Positions 1-8,961 of a stretch of DNA of 64,000 nt are shown here, piece after piece (position 1 is the first letter of the stretch; every line of letters starts with the position of its first letter). The notes below the pieces were generated by a model that did no database searches, had not been told where the DNA came from, and was given only the letters and a program-made list of their open reading frames with translations. Position numbers and translations under genes: made by a program. Origin of the DNA: Thermodesulfobacteriota bacterium (GTDB lineage Bacteria; Desulfobacterota; Desulfobaccia; Desulfobaccales; 0-14-0-80-60-11); NCBI GenBank assembly GCA_049322355.1, contig JBMORG010000001.1, positions 19,410-83,409 on the forward strand, given 5' to 3'.

Positions 1-2
1 AC

Positions 3-527
3 GTCAACCGTTTTTTATCGCACATGAACTCCCAGGAAACCATCCTTTACATTGACCACCGCCTGAAACAGGTGCGCTCCAGCTTCGCCTCTGTCTTTGA
101 ACCGAAATGTCAAGATCTGATTTTCCGGTTGACCGGAGGAGTGCCCCGCCGGGTCAATCAAATTTGTGATAACGCTCTACTGATTGCCATGGCCGAAGGC
201 GCAAGCAAGGTTACCCCAAAAATTCTGAAAAAGGCCGAGGAGGCTGCTCAAACCGATTTAATTTTTACCCCGAAATCTACCAAAGCTGGGGTTGGGTATT
301 TTAAGAGATTTTTCGGCCTCCGCAGCGCCATAACGTCTATTCTGGCTATTTTGGTTTTAGGGATAACTGCCCTTTTGGGAATAATTGCCCTTAACGGTGG
401 TTTTTTGGGAAAAAAGGGGACTCATGTAAGTTACCAAAATTCTGAATTAATTCAGACTTCCCCCGTTACCCAGGCCCATCCTCTGGAGCTGCCCAAAGGG
501 AGAAGTGAACACACTGATAGTCAATGA
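3..527 (+). CDS. ExeA-like AAA ATPase (EPS/PEP-CTERM-locus type), 3' portion only; the gene begins upstream of the window
   Basis: The frame is open from base 3 with no stop before the listed Met at 24. ...YIDHRL... and LTGGVPRRVNQICDNALLIA resemble the C-terminal lid of ExeA/GspA-type ATPases. A hydrophobic segment (ITSILAILVLGITALLGIIAL) lies near the C-terminus. Confidence 0.55.
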   Translation, partial: VNRFLSHMNSQETILYIDHRLKQVRSSFASVFEPKCQDLIFRLTGGVPRRVNQICDNALLIAMAEGASKVTPKILKKAEEAAQTDLIFTPKSTKAGVGYFKRFFGLRSAITSILAILVLGITALLGIIALNGGFLGKKGTHVSYQNSELIQTSPVTQAHPLELPKGRSEHTDSQ

Positions 528-668
528 AGAAGCCTGAGACAGCCGGTGAAGAGTCGAGAATGTCCATCGCATTTTTCTGGCTGGGTTTAATGTCGAAAAG
601 TATTTGGCCAGTCCCCTCAAACACGGAAACTCAAGGGGAAGGTCAGGGTAAGGGAGGGTAAGGACAAC

Positions 669-2012
669 GTGACGCGACGACAAAAACCAATTTTTTCCTC
701 CTTGGAGGGTCTAGACGCCGATTCTCCCCCGGGGAAAACTATACTTGCCGAACCTGCGCCGGTTAATGTTGCCATAGAGCCTTCCGAGTCAAGCTCTGGC
801 CCGAAAGATTACGGTGCTCCTATCATTAGCCGGCTTGAGAGTCCAACCGTTGAACCAGAACCTGCAAGCCAGGAGGTTTCCCCCCAGCCCTTGGGAAAGG
901 TAAGGCTTTCGGGGGATTATTGCGATTTCGGACAAGTCTTAATCGGCGAGTATCTGGACCGGGTGATTACGGTATACAACGATAGCGCTAGTGAGATTGT
1001 AATCGAAGCCTTGAATGGCCTGCCCGAAAAAGAGTTTAGTTTGGTTGAGCCGGCGGGCACCCCCCAACGCCTTTCCCCTCACAGTTCCTTAGATATAACC
1101 GTGAGGTTTGCCCCGGCCTTGGCGGGCAGGAAGGCTGTGGCGCTGTCCCTTGTTATCCCAGGGGTGGATGCCACGGTTTCAAGGGTCCAACTGCAGGGGA
1201 TTGCCGTTCAACTTACCCAGGCGCCTGAAATGACAGGTCTTCCAGAATTGAATAGCCAACCCTGTTATACCCGCACCCGGACCGTACCTGTGGTGTTAAG
1301 CACCTTGATTCGCAACCGCCTTATAGCAGGCAGCCCCAATACCATGATTCTCCAGGGTTACAAGTTGCTCCGAACTCACGTCCTTCAAAAAACCTGGGAT
1401 GAGCATCATAATGTATTAATGGTGACCGGCCCCTTGCCCGATGAAGGCAAAACCCTGACTGCCATTAACCTGGCCATCAGCATGGCCCAGGAAATGGATA
1501 AAACCGTGTTGCTGGTGGATGCTGATTTACACTCTCCTTCCATTCACCGCTATTTCGGGATACCCGCCGGAAAGGGATTGGTGGACTATTTGGAAGGTCG
1601 GGCGTCTATACCGGACCTCTTGGTCCATCCTCAAGGATTGGACCGGCTGGTGATTCTTCCTGGCGGCAAGCCCACAGAGTGGGCCACCGAACTCATCCGT
1701 TCCCCGCAGATGGCCAGGTTGGTGCCGGAACTGAAAGCCTGCTATCCGGATCGCTATGTCTTCTTTGACTTGCCGCCGCTTCTATCCTTTGCCGATGCTT
1801 TGGCGTTTGCTCCTATGGCAGACGGCATCATAGTAGTAGTGAGAGCCAGGAAAACCCCCCGGGAAGACCTGGCCCGCTGCATGGACATGCTCGAAGGTTT
1901 CCCTGTCCTGGGCTATGTATTGAATGGCTTTGACGAAGCGGACTCCTCCCGGTATTACCGCCACAACGGCCACCCGGGGAAAAGTTGGCTTTCTTGGCTA
2001 AGATTAAAATAA
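669..2012 (+). CDS. Exopolysaccharide tyrosine-autokinase-like P-loop ATPase (CpsD/Wzc C-terminal type) with an N-terminal Pro/Ser-rich and Ig-like region
   Basis: GTG start preceded by aagggaggg. MinD/ParA-type Walker A VTGPLPDEGKTLTAINLA and LLVDADL are present. The C-terminal tail has clustered Tyr (SSRYYRH). The N-terminal segment DFGQVLIGEYLDRVITVYNDSASEIVI...ITVRFAP looks like a beta-sandwich. Confidence 0.7.
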   Translation: MTRRQKPIFSSLEGLDADSPPGKTILAEPAPVNVAIEPSESSSGPKDYGAPIISRLESPTVEPEPASQEVSPQPLGKVRLSGDYCDFGQVLIGEYLDRVITVYNDSASEIVIEALNGLPEKEFSLVEPAGTPQRLSPHSSLDITVRFAPALAGRKAVALSLVIPGVDATVSRVQLQGIAVQLTQAPEMTGLPELNSQPCYTRTRTVPVVLSTLIRNRLIAGSPNTMILQGYKLLRTHVLQKTWDEHHNVLMVTGPLPDEGKTLTAINLAISMAQEMDKTVLLVDADLHSPSIHRYFGIPAGKGLVDYLEGRASIPDLLVHPQGLDRLVILPGGKPTEWATELIRSPQMARLVPELKACYPDRYVFFDLPPLLSFADALAFAPMADGIIVVVRARKTPREDLARCMDMLEGFPVLGYVLNGFDEADSSRYYRHNGHPGKSWLSWLRLK

Positions 2013-2013
2013 T

Positions 2014-2871
2014 ATGTCTTCCCAAATGCCATATCATTCTTCCAGTCCCTCTCAGCCTGTCACCATCATCAGGCCTAGCAAGGGGTTGATCTCTCTTAAG
2101 CTGGGGGAGCTCTGGGAATACCGGGATTTGCTCTACTTCCTCATCTGGCGGGATATAAAAGTACGCTATAAGCAGACCGCATTAGGAGCAGCCTGGGCTA
2201 TCCTGCAACCCTTTCTTACTATGGTGGTGTTCACCATTTTCTTTGGGAAGCTTGCCAAGGTGCCCTCCGACGGCATTCCCTATCCAATCTTCACCTACTG
2301 TGCCTTGCTGCCCTGGCAACTTTTTGCTAAGGCCCTGACAGATTCCAGTAACAGCCTGGTCGCCAACCAGCGGTTAATTACCAAGGTGTATTTTCCCCGT
2401 TTGGTGATCCCTATTTCAGCGGTGCTGTCGGGACTGGTGGATTTTGGCATCGCTTTTACGGTGTTGCTGGGGATGATGCTGTATTATGGCATTGCGCCCA
2501 ACCTCCACCTTCTGGCCCTGCCGCCATTTCTCCTGATGGCCATCGCGACAGCCCTGGCTGTCGGACTCTGGCTCTCCGCGCTGAACGTCCAATACCGGGA
2601 CGTGCGGCATACCACTCCATTTTTGGTACAGTTCTGGCTCTTTGCCACTCCCATTGCCTATCCCAGCAGCCTGGTGCCGGAGAAGTGGCGGCTGTTGTAT
2701 GGTCTCAATCCCATGGCCGGGGTGGTGGAGGGGTTCCGTTGGTCCTTGTTGGGCAAAGCCGGGGGATTAGGTCCCATGATGATTGTTTCGTGGGCCATGG
2801 TCTTTATTCTGCTCATCACTGGGCTGATCTATTTTCGCAATATGGAAAAGACTTTTGCAGATATTGTGTGA
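2014..2871 (+). CDS. wzm: ABC-2 type polysaccharide export permease
   Basis: N-terminal WEYRDLLYFLIWRDIKVRYKQTALGAAWAILQP is typical of Wzm/TagG permeases. There are about six hydrophobic helices. It lies directly upstream of the ATPase gene. Confidence 0.85.
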   Translation: MSSQMPYHSSSPSQPVTIIRPSKGLISLKLGELWEYRDLLYFLIWRDIKVRYKQTALGAAWAILQPFLTMVVFTIFFGKLAKVPSDGIPYPIFTYCALLPWQLFAKALTDSSNSLVANQRLITKVYFPRLVIPISAVLSGLVDFGIAFTVLLGMMLYYGIAPNLHLLALPPFLLMAIATALAVGLWLSALNVQYRDVRHTTPFLVQFWLFATPIAYPSSLVPEKWRLLYGLNPMAGVVEGFRWSLLGKAGGLGPMMIVSWAMVFILLITGLIYFRNMEKTFADIV

Positions 2872-2874
2872 CCT

Positions 2875-4155
2875 ATGAGCGATGTAGCCATTCGGATTGA
2901 GAATCTGGGGAAGCAGTATAAGATCGGCAAGCGGGAGAAATATTACACTCTGCGCGACAGCCTGACCCGATTCTTGTCAAATCCTTTCCGCAGGAATAAT
3001 GGCAACGGGGCACTGGATGATGGAAGCGAGGACCATATCTGGGCCCTCAAAGACGTTTCCCTGGAGATTAAACGGGGGGAGGTCATTGGAATTATCGGGC
3101 GCAATGGCGCCGGCAAATCCACTCTGCTTAAAATTCTCTCCCGCATCACCGAACCCACCGAAGGACGGGCGGAAATTTTCGGGCGGGTAGGTTCCCTCCT
3201 GGAAGTGGGCACCGGCTTTCATCCGGAGCTCACCGGCCGGGAGAATATTTACCTCAACGGGGCCATACTGGGGATGAGAAAGGCTGAGATCCAGCAAAAA
3301 TTTGATGAGATCGTAACCTTTGCTGAAGTCGAGAAGTTTCTGGATACCCCGGTGAAGCACTATTCTTCCGGCATGTACGTGCGTCTGGCCTTTGCCGTCG
3401 CAGCCCACCTTGACCCGGAAATCCTCCTGGTGGACGAAGTGCTGGCTGTGGGGGACGCCGCCTTCCAGAATAAATGTTTGGGGAAGATGAAGAATGTGGC
3501 CAGTGAGGGCAGAACGGTGCTTTTTGTAAGTCACAATATGAGTGCTATAAGCAACCTTTGTGAGCGCTCAATTTTGTTAGATCACGGGAAAAATAAATTT
3601 GATGGGGAAAGCCAGTCGGTTATAGACCGTTATTTATCATTATTTAGTGATAATACCAGTTCAATTCGATCTATGATTTCAGCGACGAGGTCGGGGATCG
3701 GTGGTGGAAAAATTGAAAGATTGGAAATAGAAACCAGTGATGGACGGAAAACAAATATATTAGGCATTGGAGATGCATTATGTGTCAAAATTTATGCTAA
3801 AATCATTGATAGATTACCAAGTATCGTGGTTGGGCTAGAGTTAAAAACTGATAATGGTACTCCAATACTAAACTTGCGTAGTGATAGTAATGGACAGTAT
3901 TTTGGTCCTTACAAGGAAGGAACAATAGTATTATTTACATTTAATATTCCTTCCTTACCTTTTTATCCCGGTAGTTATCTTCTTGAACCTTGGTTTGGGG
4001 AGAAAAAAGGAAAACGTATTGACCATGTACATGAACCTATTTCAATTGTACTTGAACCAATTGGAAAATTTAAGTCTGAAGCCATGATTCAAAAAGGCAG
4101 AGGACTTTTAATGATGGATTGTGAAATTTTTGATACTTTGCTTAACAGTACTTAG
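2875..4155 (+). CDS. wzt: ABC polysaccharide export ATP-binding protein with an extra C-terminal (glycan-binding-type) domain
   Basis: Walker A GRNGAGKST, signature YSSGMYVRLAFA and Walker B ILLVDEVLAVGD are present. About 170 extra C-terminal residues lie beyond the nucleotide-binding domain, and their coding DNA is visibly AT-rich from ~3530. Confidence 0.85.
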   Translation: MSDVAIRIENLGKQYKIGKREKYYTLRDSLTRFLSNPFRRNNGNGALDDGSEDHIWALKDVSLEIKRGEVIGIIGRNGAGKSTLLKILSRITEPTEGRAEIFGRVGSLLEVGTGFHPELTGRENIYLNGAILGMRKAEIQQKFDEIVTFAEVEKFLDTPVKHYSSGMYVRLAFAVAAHLDPEILLVDEVLAVGDAAFQNKCLGKMKNVASEGRTVLFVSHNMSAISNLCERSILLDHGKNKFDGESQSVIDRYLSLFSDNTSSIRSMISATRSGIGGGKIERLEIETSDGRKTNILGIGDALCVKIYAKIIDRLPSIVVGLELKTDNGTPILNLRSDSNGQYFGPYKEGTIVLFTFNIPSLPFYPGSYLLEPWFGEKKGKRIDHVHEPISIVLEPIGKFKSEAMIQKGRGLLMMDCEIFDTLLNST

Positions 4156-4160
4156 AAACA

Positions 4161-5354
4161 ATGAAAATCGGCTTAAGAATTTGCGAAGTTTCTTACAACT
4201 GGCCGGCAGAGGTCTTTATCCAACGGCATATTCATGCCCTCGGGAACCATATGCCTCTCAAGTTAGTTGCCCGGCACAATAGTCTTATTGCGGGGGAATC
4301 CGCCAGTATACAAGACCCCTTAAACAATATTTCGGCAGCCATTATGCCCAATTTCAACCATCTGTCCCTGTTACGAAAGGCATGGACTCTTCGCAATCTG
4401 CTTAAAACAAGAAATTACTCCAAGTGCAATGGCTCCTTGAGAGATCGGGTGTTGCTGGCTTTTTTTGAAAAATTAAACCCCTCATTAATTCACTTCCACT
4501 TCGGAACGTTGGCGGTTTCGATGCGCTGGATCGCCCAGGCCATGAACATTCCGTTCACTGTCAGCCTGCGCGGCTCAGATATCCAGGTGCATCCCTTGCG
4601 GTCGGATGATGACCGGCAGGAACTTTATCAAACGCTCCGGGAAGCTGCCGGTATCCATACCGTATGCGATAAATTCAATCAGGAAATCCGCCAGCAGGTC
4701 CAAGATTGTGTGATCCCGGAAACTATCTATACCACAATCCCTTTTCCCCAAAAATTGCCTCCATATCGACCTCCGGGAGACGGTGAACTACATTTTCTCG
4801 CAATCGGACGCCTTCAATGGCGAAAAGACTTTGTATCTCTTCTGAAAGCCTTGCGACTGCTCAGAGAGCAACGAGTCGATGCCCGCCTGACCCTCGTGGG
4901 AAGCGGACCGGATGAAGACCAGATTAGATACTGGGTCTCCCATCTGGAGTTGCAGCCTTACGGCCACCTGATAGGCAAAGCGGATTTTGCCCGTATTACC
5001 GACTTATTTGCCCGGTCCCATGCCTATGTGCAGTCCTCCATTGCCGAGGGTTTGAGCAATTCCCTGGCCGAAGCTATGGGTTGGGGGTGCCCGGTCTTTG
5101 CCACTGATGTCGGAGGGACTTCAGAAATAGTCATTGATGGTGAAAACGGCTTCCTGCTGCCTCCCGGAGAACCTGAAGTATGGGCGGCAAAGCTGCCTCT
5201 GGCATTAAACGGGCCACTGATGGAAAAAGTTCGCCAAAAAGCCCATGAAACATCCAAGCAATTCTTTACTCCCGAGCGGCATCAGCAGAAATTTATTGAG
5301 TTCTATGACCAGTCCGCGCAAAGGTTTTTGGAGAAGAAACCTGGAACTTTATGA
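4161..5354 (+). CDS. Glycosyltransferase, GT4 (GT-B) family
   Basis: C-terminal E-x7-E region EGLSNSLAEAMGWGCPVFATDVGGTSEIVIDGENGFLLPPGE. Confidence 0.8.
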   Translation: MKIGLRICEVSYNWPAEVFIQRHIHALGNHMPLKLVARHNSLIAGESASIQDPLNNISAAIMPNFNHLSLLRKAWTLRNLLKTRNYSKCNGSLRDRVLLAFFEKLNPSLIHFHFGTLAVSMRWIAQAMNIPFTVSLRGSDIQVHPLRSDDDRQELYQTLREAAGIHTVCDKFNQEIRQQVQDCVIPETIYTTIPFPQKLPPYRPPGDGELHFLAIGRLQWRKDFVSLLKALRLLREQRVDARLTLVGSGPDEDQIRYWVSHLELQPYGHLIGKADFARITDLFARSHAYVQSSIAEGLSNSLAEAMGWGCPVFATDVGGTSEIVIDGENGFLLPPGEPEVWAAKLPLALNGPLMEKVRQKAHETSKQFFTPERHQQKFIEFYDQSAQRFLEKKPGTL

Positions 5355-5396
5355 GCGGTGGTTAAAAACCTATTTTAACAAATAAATTGGAATACA

Positions 5397-6644
5397 ATGA
5401 AAGTTCTTTATATTAATGGGATTTTGGAGGAGCACCCGAAACCATTTCGGCCTTTACCACCGTTAGATTCTGGCGCTCCCATTAGCAATATGTTTAGATT
5501 AATCGAAGAACTGTCAAAGGACTCTTACGACTTAGATATTTCTGCTATCTCGGGAATATCATCAGAAATGTTAAATTACATGAATATCAAATGGCCTTTG
5601 GGAAGTTATAGAGGGAATTATTGTTGGGTTAAAGTTCCAGCTAAATTGAGAAAATTGAGTCACATCCTTGTAAGCAATTATATTATTTCTGGTATTTTAA
5701 ATAGACTTATAGGAGTTTATTCACTGCAATCCTCTTATTATTTGCTTAAAATTTATAGAAATATATTAAAAATCAAGCCAGATATTGTTGTGTTAGACGC
5801 CGGTGGTCAATTTATAAAAGGTCTATGTAACTTATTACCGAGTAGTGTTAGTATGCTCTTCTTTTGTCGAGGTGAGTCAGGTTATATAACCCGAAGTTCT
5901 ATGCATTTATGCAAAGCCGTCTTAGTTACCAATAACAAATTTAGCGAGTGGGTAACAAGTGTAAATATAAATGTGAAGGATATATTTATCATACCAAATT
6001 CATTAGATGAAAAGTATTTAAAGTTACCTAAGAATCAAGGAAGGTTTAATAATAACGAAAAACGAATTATTTTCGCTGGCCGCTTACATCCGGTCAAAGG
6101 TATAGAATTTCTTATAAAAGCGTTTTCTAAAGTGGTTAAAGTTTTTCCTGAGGCTCGTCTTGTCATAGTGGGGAAGGCAGTAGAAGTGCCAAAAATTATT
6201 GATCAGAATTTATATACTTCCAAATATGAAGATGAAATAAAACTTCTTGCTAAAAATATCCTTCCAAAAAACAGTTGCATTTGGATGGGATGGCTTGAGC
6301 AAGCTGACCTTATAAATGAATACCAAAAAGCTTACATGGCGGTATATCCTTCTGTTTGGGTTGAAGCTTTTGGAATGGTTGCATTAGAGGCAATGGCATT
6401 AGGTTTACCAGTAATAGCATCGAAGCGTCCAGGGTTCCAAACCTTACTCAGTGAAGAATGTGGAATTTTGATTGATGATCCAATGGATATAGAAGCACTG
6501 GGGGAGGCAATGGTAAAATTGCTGAGTGATCAAAATTATGCTGAGCGTCTTGGATTTAATGCTTACCATAAAGCGAGAAAATATTCAGTAGAAAAAGCCG
6601 CGAAAGAATTTATCAATATTATACAATCATTTGTTAAAAATTAG
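5397..6644 (+). CDS. Glycosyltransferase, GT4 family (AT-rich cassette)
   Basis: EAFGMVALEAMALGLPVIASKRPGFQTLLSEECGILIDDP. Strongly AT-rich codon usage relative to its neighbours. Confidence 0.75.
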   Translation: MKVLYINGILEEHPKPFRPLPPLDSGAPISNMFRLIEELSKDSYDLDISAISGISSEMLNYMNIKWPLGSYRGNYCWVKVPAKLRKLSHILVSNYIISGILNRLIGVYSLQSSYYLLKIYRNILKIKPDIVVLDAGGQFIKGLCNLLPSSVSMLFFCRGESGYITRSSMHLCKAVLVTNNKFSEWVTSVNINVKDIFIIPNSLDEKYLKLPKNQGRFNNNEKRIIFAGRLHPVKGIEFLIKAFSKVVKVFPEARLVIVGKAVEVPKIIDQNLYTSKYEDEIKLLAKNILPKNSCIWMGWLEQADLINEYQKAYMAVYPSVWVEAFGMVALEAMALGLPVIASKRPGFQTLLSEECGILIDDPMDIEALGEAMVKLLSDQNYAERLGFNAYHKARKYSVEKAAKEFINIIQSFVKN

Positions 6645-6654
6645 CGGTAATTGA

Positions 6655-7827
6655 GTGTTGGAAATGAAGATTTGTTTTGTTTGCAATGAATATCCTCCAG
6701 CTCCACATGGTGGTATAGGCACATTTATTTATAATCTTGCCCATGAATTAGTTAAAAATAATTTCGAAGTATTTGTTATTGGGTTCGATTCAAGAGTCAA
6801 TAAAAAAAGCCAGTGGTATGAAGAAGTTGGAATAAAAGTTTTTAGAATTTATTCACCGTTTCGTAACTTTCCAATAATGAGAATTAAGAATTACGAAATA
6901 AGCTTGCTCTTTTTATTAGAAAGAACTTATTTATCAAATATTATTAAAAAATATAATAAACAATATCGTTTCGATATTATAGAAAGTTACGATTGGAGCG
7001 GACCACTCATGTTTAAACCAAGTGAACCTTTAATTATAAGATTTCACGGAGCCAATACTGCATATCAATATTATGAGGGATTAAAAATTAGTCACTTATT
7101 AAAATATATTGAAAAACGAAATGTTTTAATGGGAGATGCACTTGTCAGTGTGTCAAAACATATCGGTGATGTTACTCTACAATCATTAGCTATTCATAAT
7201 AGAAACTACTCAGTAATATATAATGGCATCAATACAAATCATTTCATGCCTAATTATAATAAAATAAAATCTTATGAAGTGCTATATGTCGGTAGTATTA
7301 CTCGCCGTAAAGGAATTTATAGTTTATTAAAAATAATACCTCTGGTGCTAGAAAAAGTTCCCGAGGCAAGTTTTCATTTAATAGGGAAGTTTCCATCAGA
7401 GGATGAGGGAAAAAGAATTAAAAATCAACTTCAATCATCCCTAAGTGATTCGATGCGTCAAAGGGTAAATTTTTTAGGGGTTATCCCTTATGGGGAGATT
7501 GCTGAATGGTTTTCGCGGGCAGCAGTTTCAGTTTTTCCCGCCTACGCAGAAGCGTGCCCTATGGTCTGGCTGGAATCAATGGCTTGTGGAAGTCCTATAG
7601 TTTTAACTAATCGCGCCAGTGGCCCGGAAATAATTGAAGACGGTAAATCTGGTCTCATTGCTGATCCAGATAAACCTGATGAATTTGCTGGCAAAATAGT
7701 TCAAATACTACAGGACCATTCGCTATCTAAATATTTAAGTAATAATGTACGTCAGCGAGTAATAGAAGAGTTCGATATTAAGGTAATATCCAAACAAAAT
7801 ATCGAATATTATAAAGAAGTACTATAA
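6655..7827 (+). CDS. Glycosyltransferase, GT4 family (AT-rich cassette); an alternative ATG start lies at 6664
   Basis: N-terminal GGIGTFIYNLAHEL and C-terminal EACPMVWLESMACGSPIVLTNRASGPEIIEDGKSGLIADP. Confidence 0.75.
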   Translation: MLEMKICFVCNEYPPAPHGGIGTFIYNLAHELVKNNFEVFVIGFDSRVNKKSQWYEEVGIKVFRIYSPFRNFPIMRIKNYEISLLFLLERTYLSNIIKKYNKQYRFDIIESYDWSGPLMFKPSEPLIIRFHGANTAYQYYEGLKISHLLKYIEKRNVLMGDALVSVSKHIGDVTLQSLAIHNRNYSVIYNGINTNHFMPNYNKIKSYEVLYVGSITRRKGIYSLLKIIPLVLEKVPEASFHLIGKFPSEDEGKRIKNQLQSSLSDSMRQRVNFLGVIPYGEIAEWFSRAAVSVFPAYAEACPMVWLESMACGSPIVLTNRASGPEIIEDGKSGLIADPDKPDEFAGKIVQILQDHSLSKYLSNNVRQRVIEEFDIKVISKQNIEYYKEVL

Positions 7828-7851
7828 TAAATTATTAAGGTTATTATCTCA

Positions 7852-8961
7852 ATGTATAAAAAAATAAAGTTTATTTTATGCATCTGCACCTACAAACGGG
7901 CGCAGTTGCTTAAGAAACTTCTGCAAGATGTAGCGGTTCAGACGCAATGGCCGGATGCCGTGATCATCGTTGATGGGGACCCGGCTGTGCGGGAGGTTGC
8001 CTCTCTGCTGGCCGCGATGGATTTACCGTCAGCCTGGCGCCTTCTGTATTTGCCTTCAAACTACGCCAATCTCTCCTATCAGCGTTACTTGGGCTATAAG
8101 GCGGCCAAAAATCTCAATGCACAGGTCTTGCTTTATTTGGATGACGACCTGCGCATTTCTCAGACTGATGCCATAGAAAAAGTTGTTGCGCCGCTCAAAG
8201 ATGAAGCGGGTAGGGTTGTTGGAGTTACAGCTCCCTCCCGAACGGGTGGGTTTGAAAACATTCGGGAGGCTGAAGCACTCATCGATCAGGACCATCAGAG
8301 TCGAGCGGGGACACCTTTGCTGGTAAAGATGTTCGGTGCAGCCCGGAGAATACCTCCTGGGGGCTTAAGTCCATCGGGGCACCGGCGGTTTCCTTTAAAC
8401 CAGGGAGATAAATATAGGCCGGTCGAATGGCTACAGGGTAGAGTCATGGCCTACTCCATGCAAGTCTTATCCGAGGAATGTTTTTCAGAGGATTTATTTG
8501 CCCTCGATCATATTCGGTGTGGGCTGGGGGAAGATACTTTTTTATCCAGAAAGGTCTGGAGCAAAGGTCAGCTGCTCTTGGCATTTTGCGCCCAGTTCGA
8601 ACATCCAGATGATGATCTGCCCAAATCTTACCCTTATCAGGCCTACAAATTAGGCTACGCTTCGGCCTACAGCCGGCGACTGCTCAATGATCATTACCGG
8701 GGCTTTGACCCGCCCCTCTTGTCGGACCGATTCGCTTTAGTCAAAAGCTATCTCGGAACTGCCTGCCTCAATTGGTGGCGGGCGGTTACCGGACCGAAGC
8801 GTCACCGCTTTGCCTACGCCTGGGGGTATAGTCGAGGGGCCCTGCGGGGGCTGCTGCAAAAACCTACCGCCAGGAATCTCACGCCCCAGATCAACTGGCG
8901 CCGGGACGCGGAGGCGGCGCTGAAGAATCTCGTGGTGGTACAGCATGGCCAAGACTCTTAA
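7852..8961 (+). CDS. Glycosyltransferase, GT2-like
   Basis: N-terminal ILCICTYKRAQLLKKLLQDV fold signature and the acidic motif LYLDDDL. Confidence 0.6.
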   Translation: MYKKIKFILCICTYKRAQLLKKLLQDVAVQTQWPDAVIIVDGDPAVREVASLLAAMDLPSAWRLLYLPSNYANLSYQRYLGYKAAKNLNAQVLLYLDDDLRISQTDAIEKVVAPLKDEAGRVVGVTAPSRTGGFENIREAEALIDQDHQSRAGTPLLVKMFGAARRIPPGGLSPSGHRRFPLNQGDKYRPVEWLQGRVMAYSMQVLSEECFSEDLFALDHIRCGLGEDTFLSRKVWSKGQLLLAFCAQFEHPDDDLPKSYPYQAYKLGYASAYSRRLLNDHYRGFDPPLLSDRFALVKSYLGTACLNWWRAVTGPKRHRFAYAWGYSRGALRGLLQKPTARNLTPQINWRRDAEAALKNLVVVQHGQDS

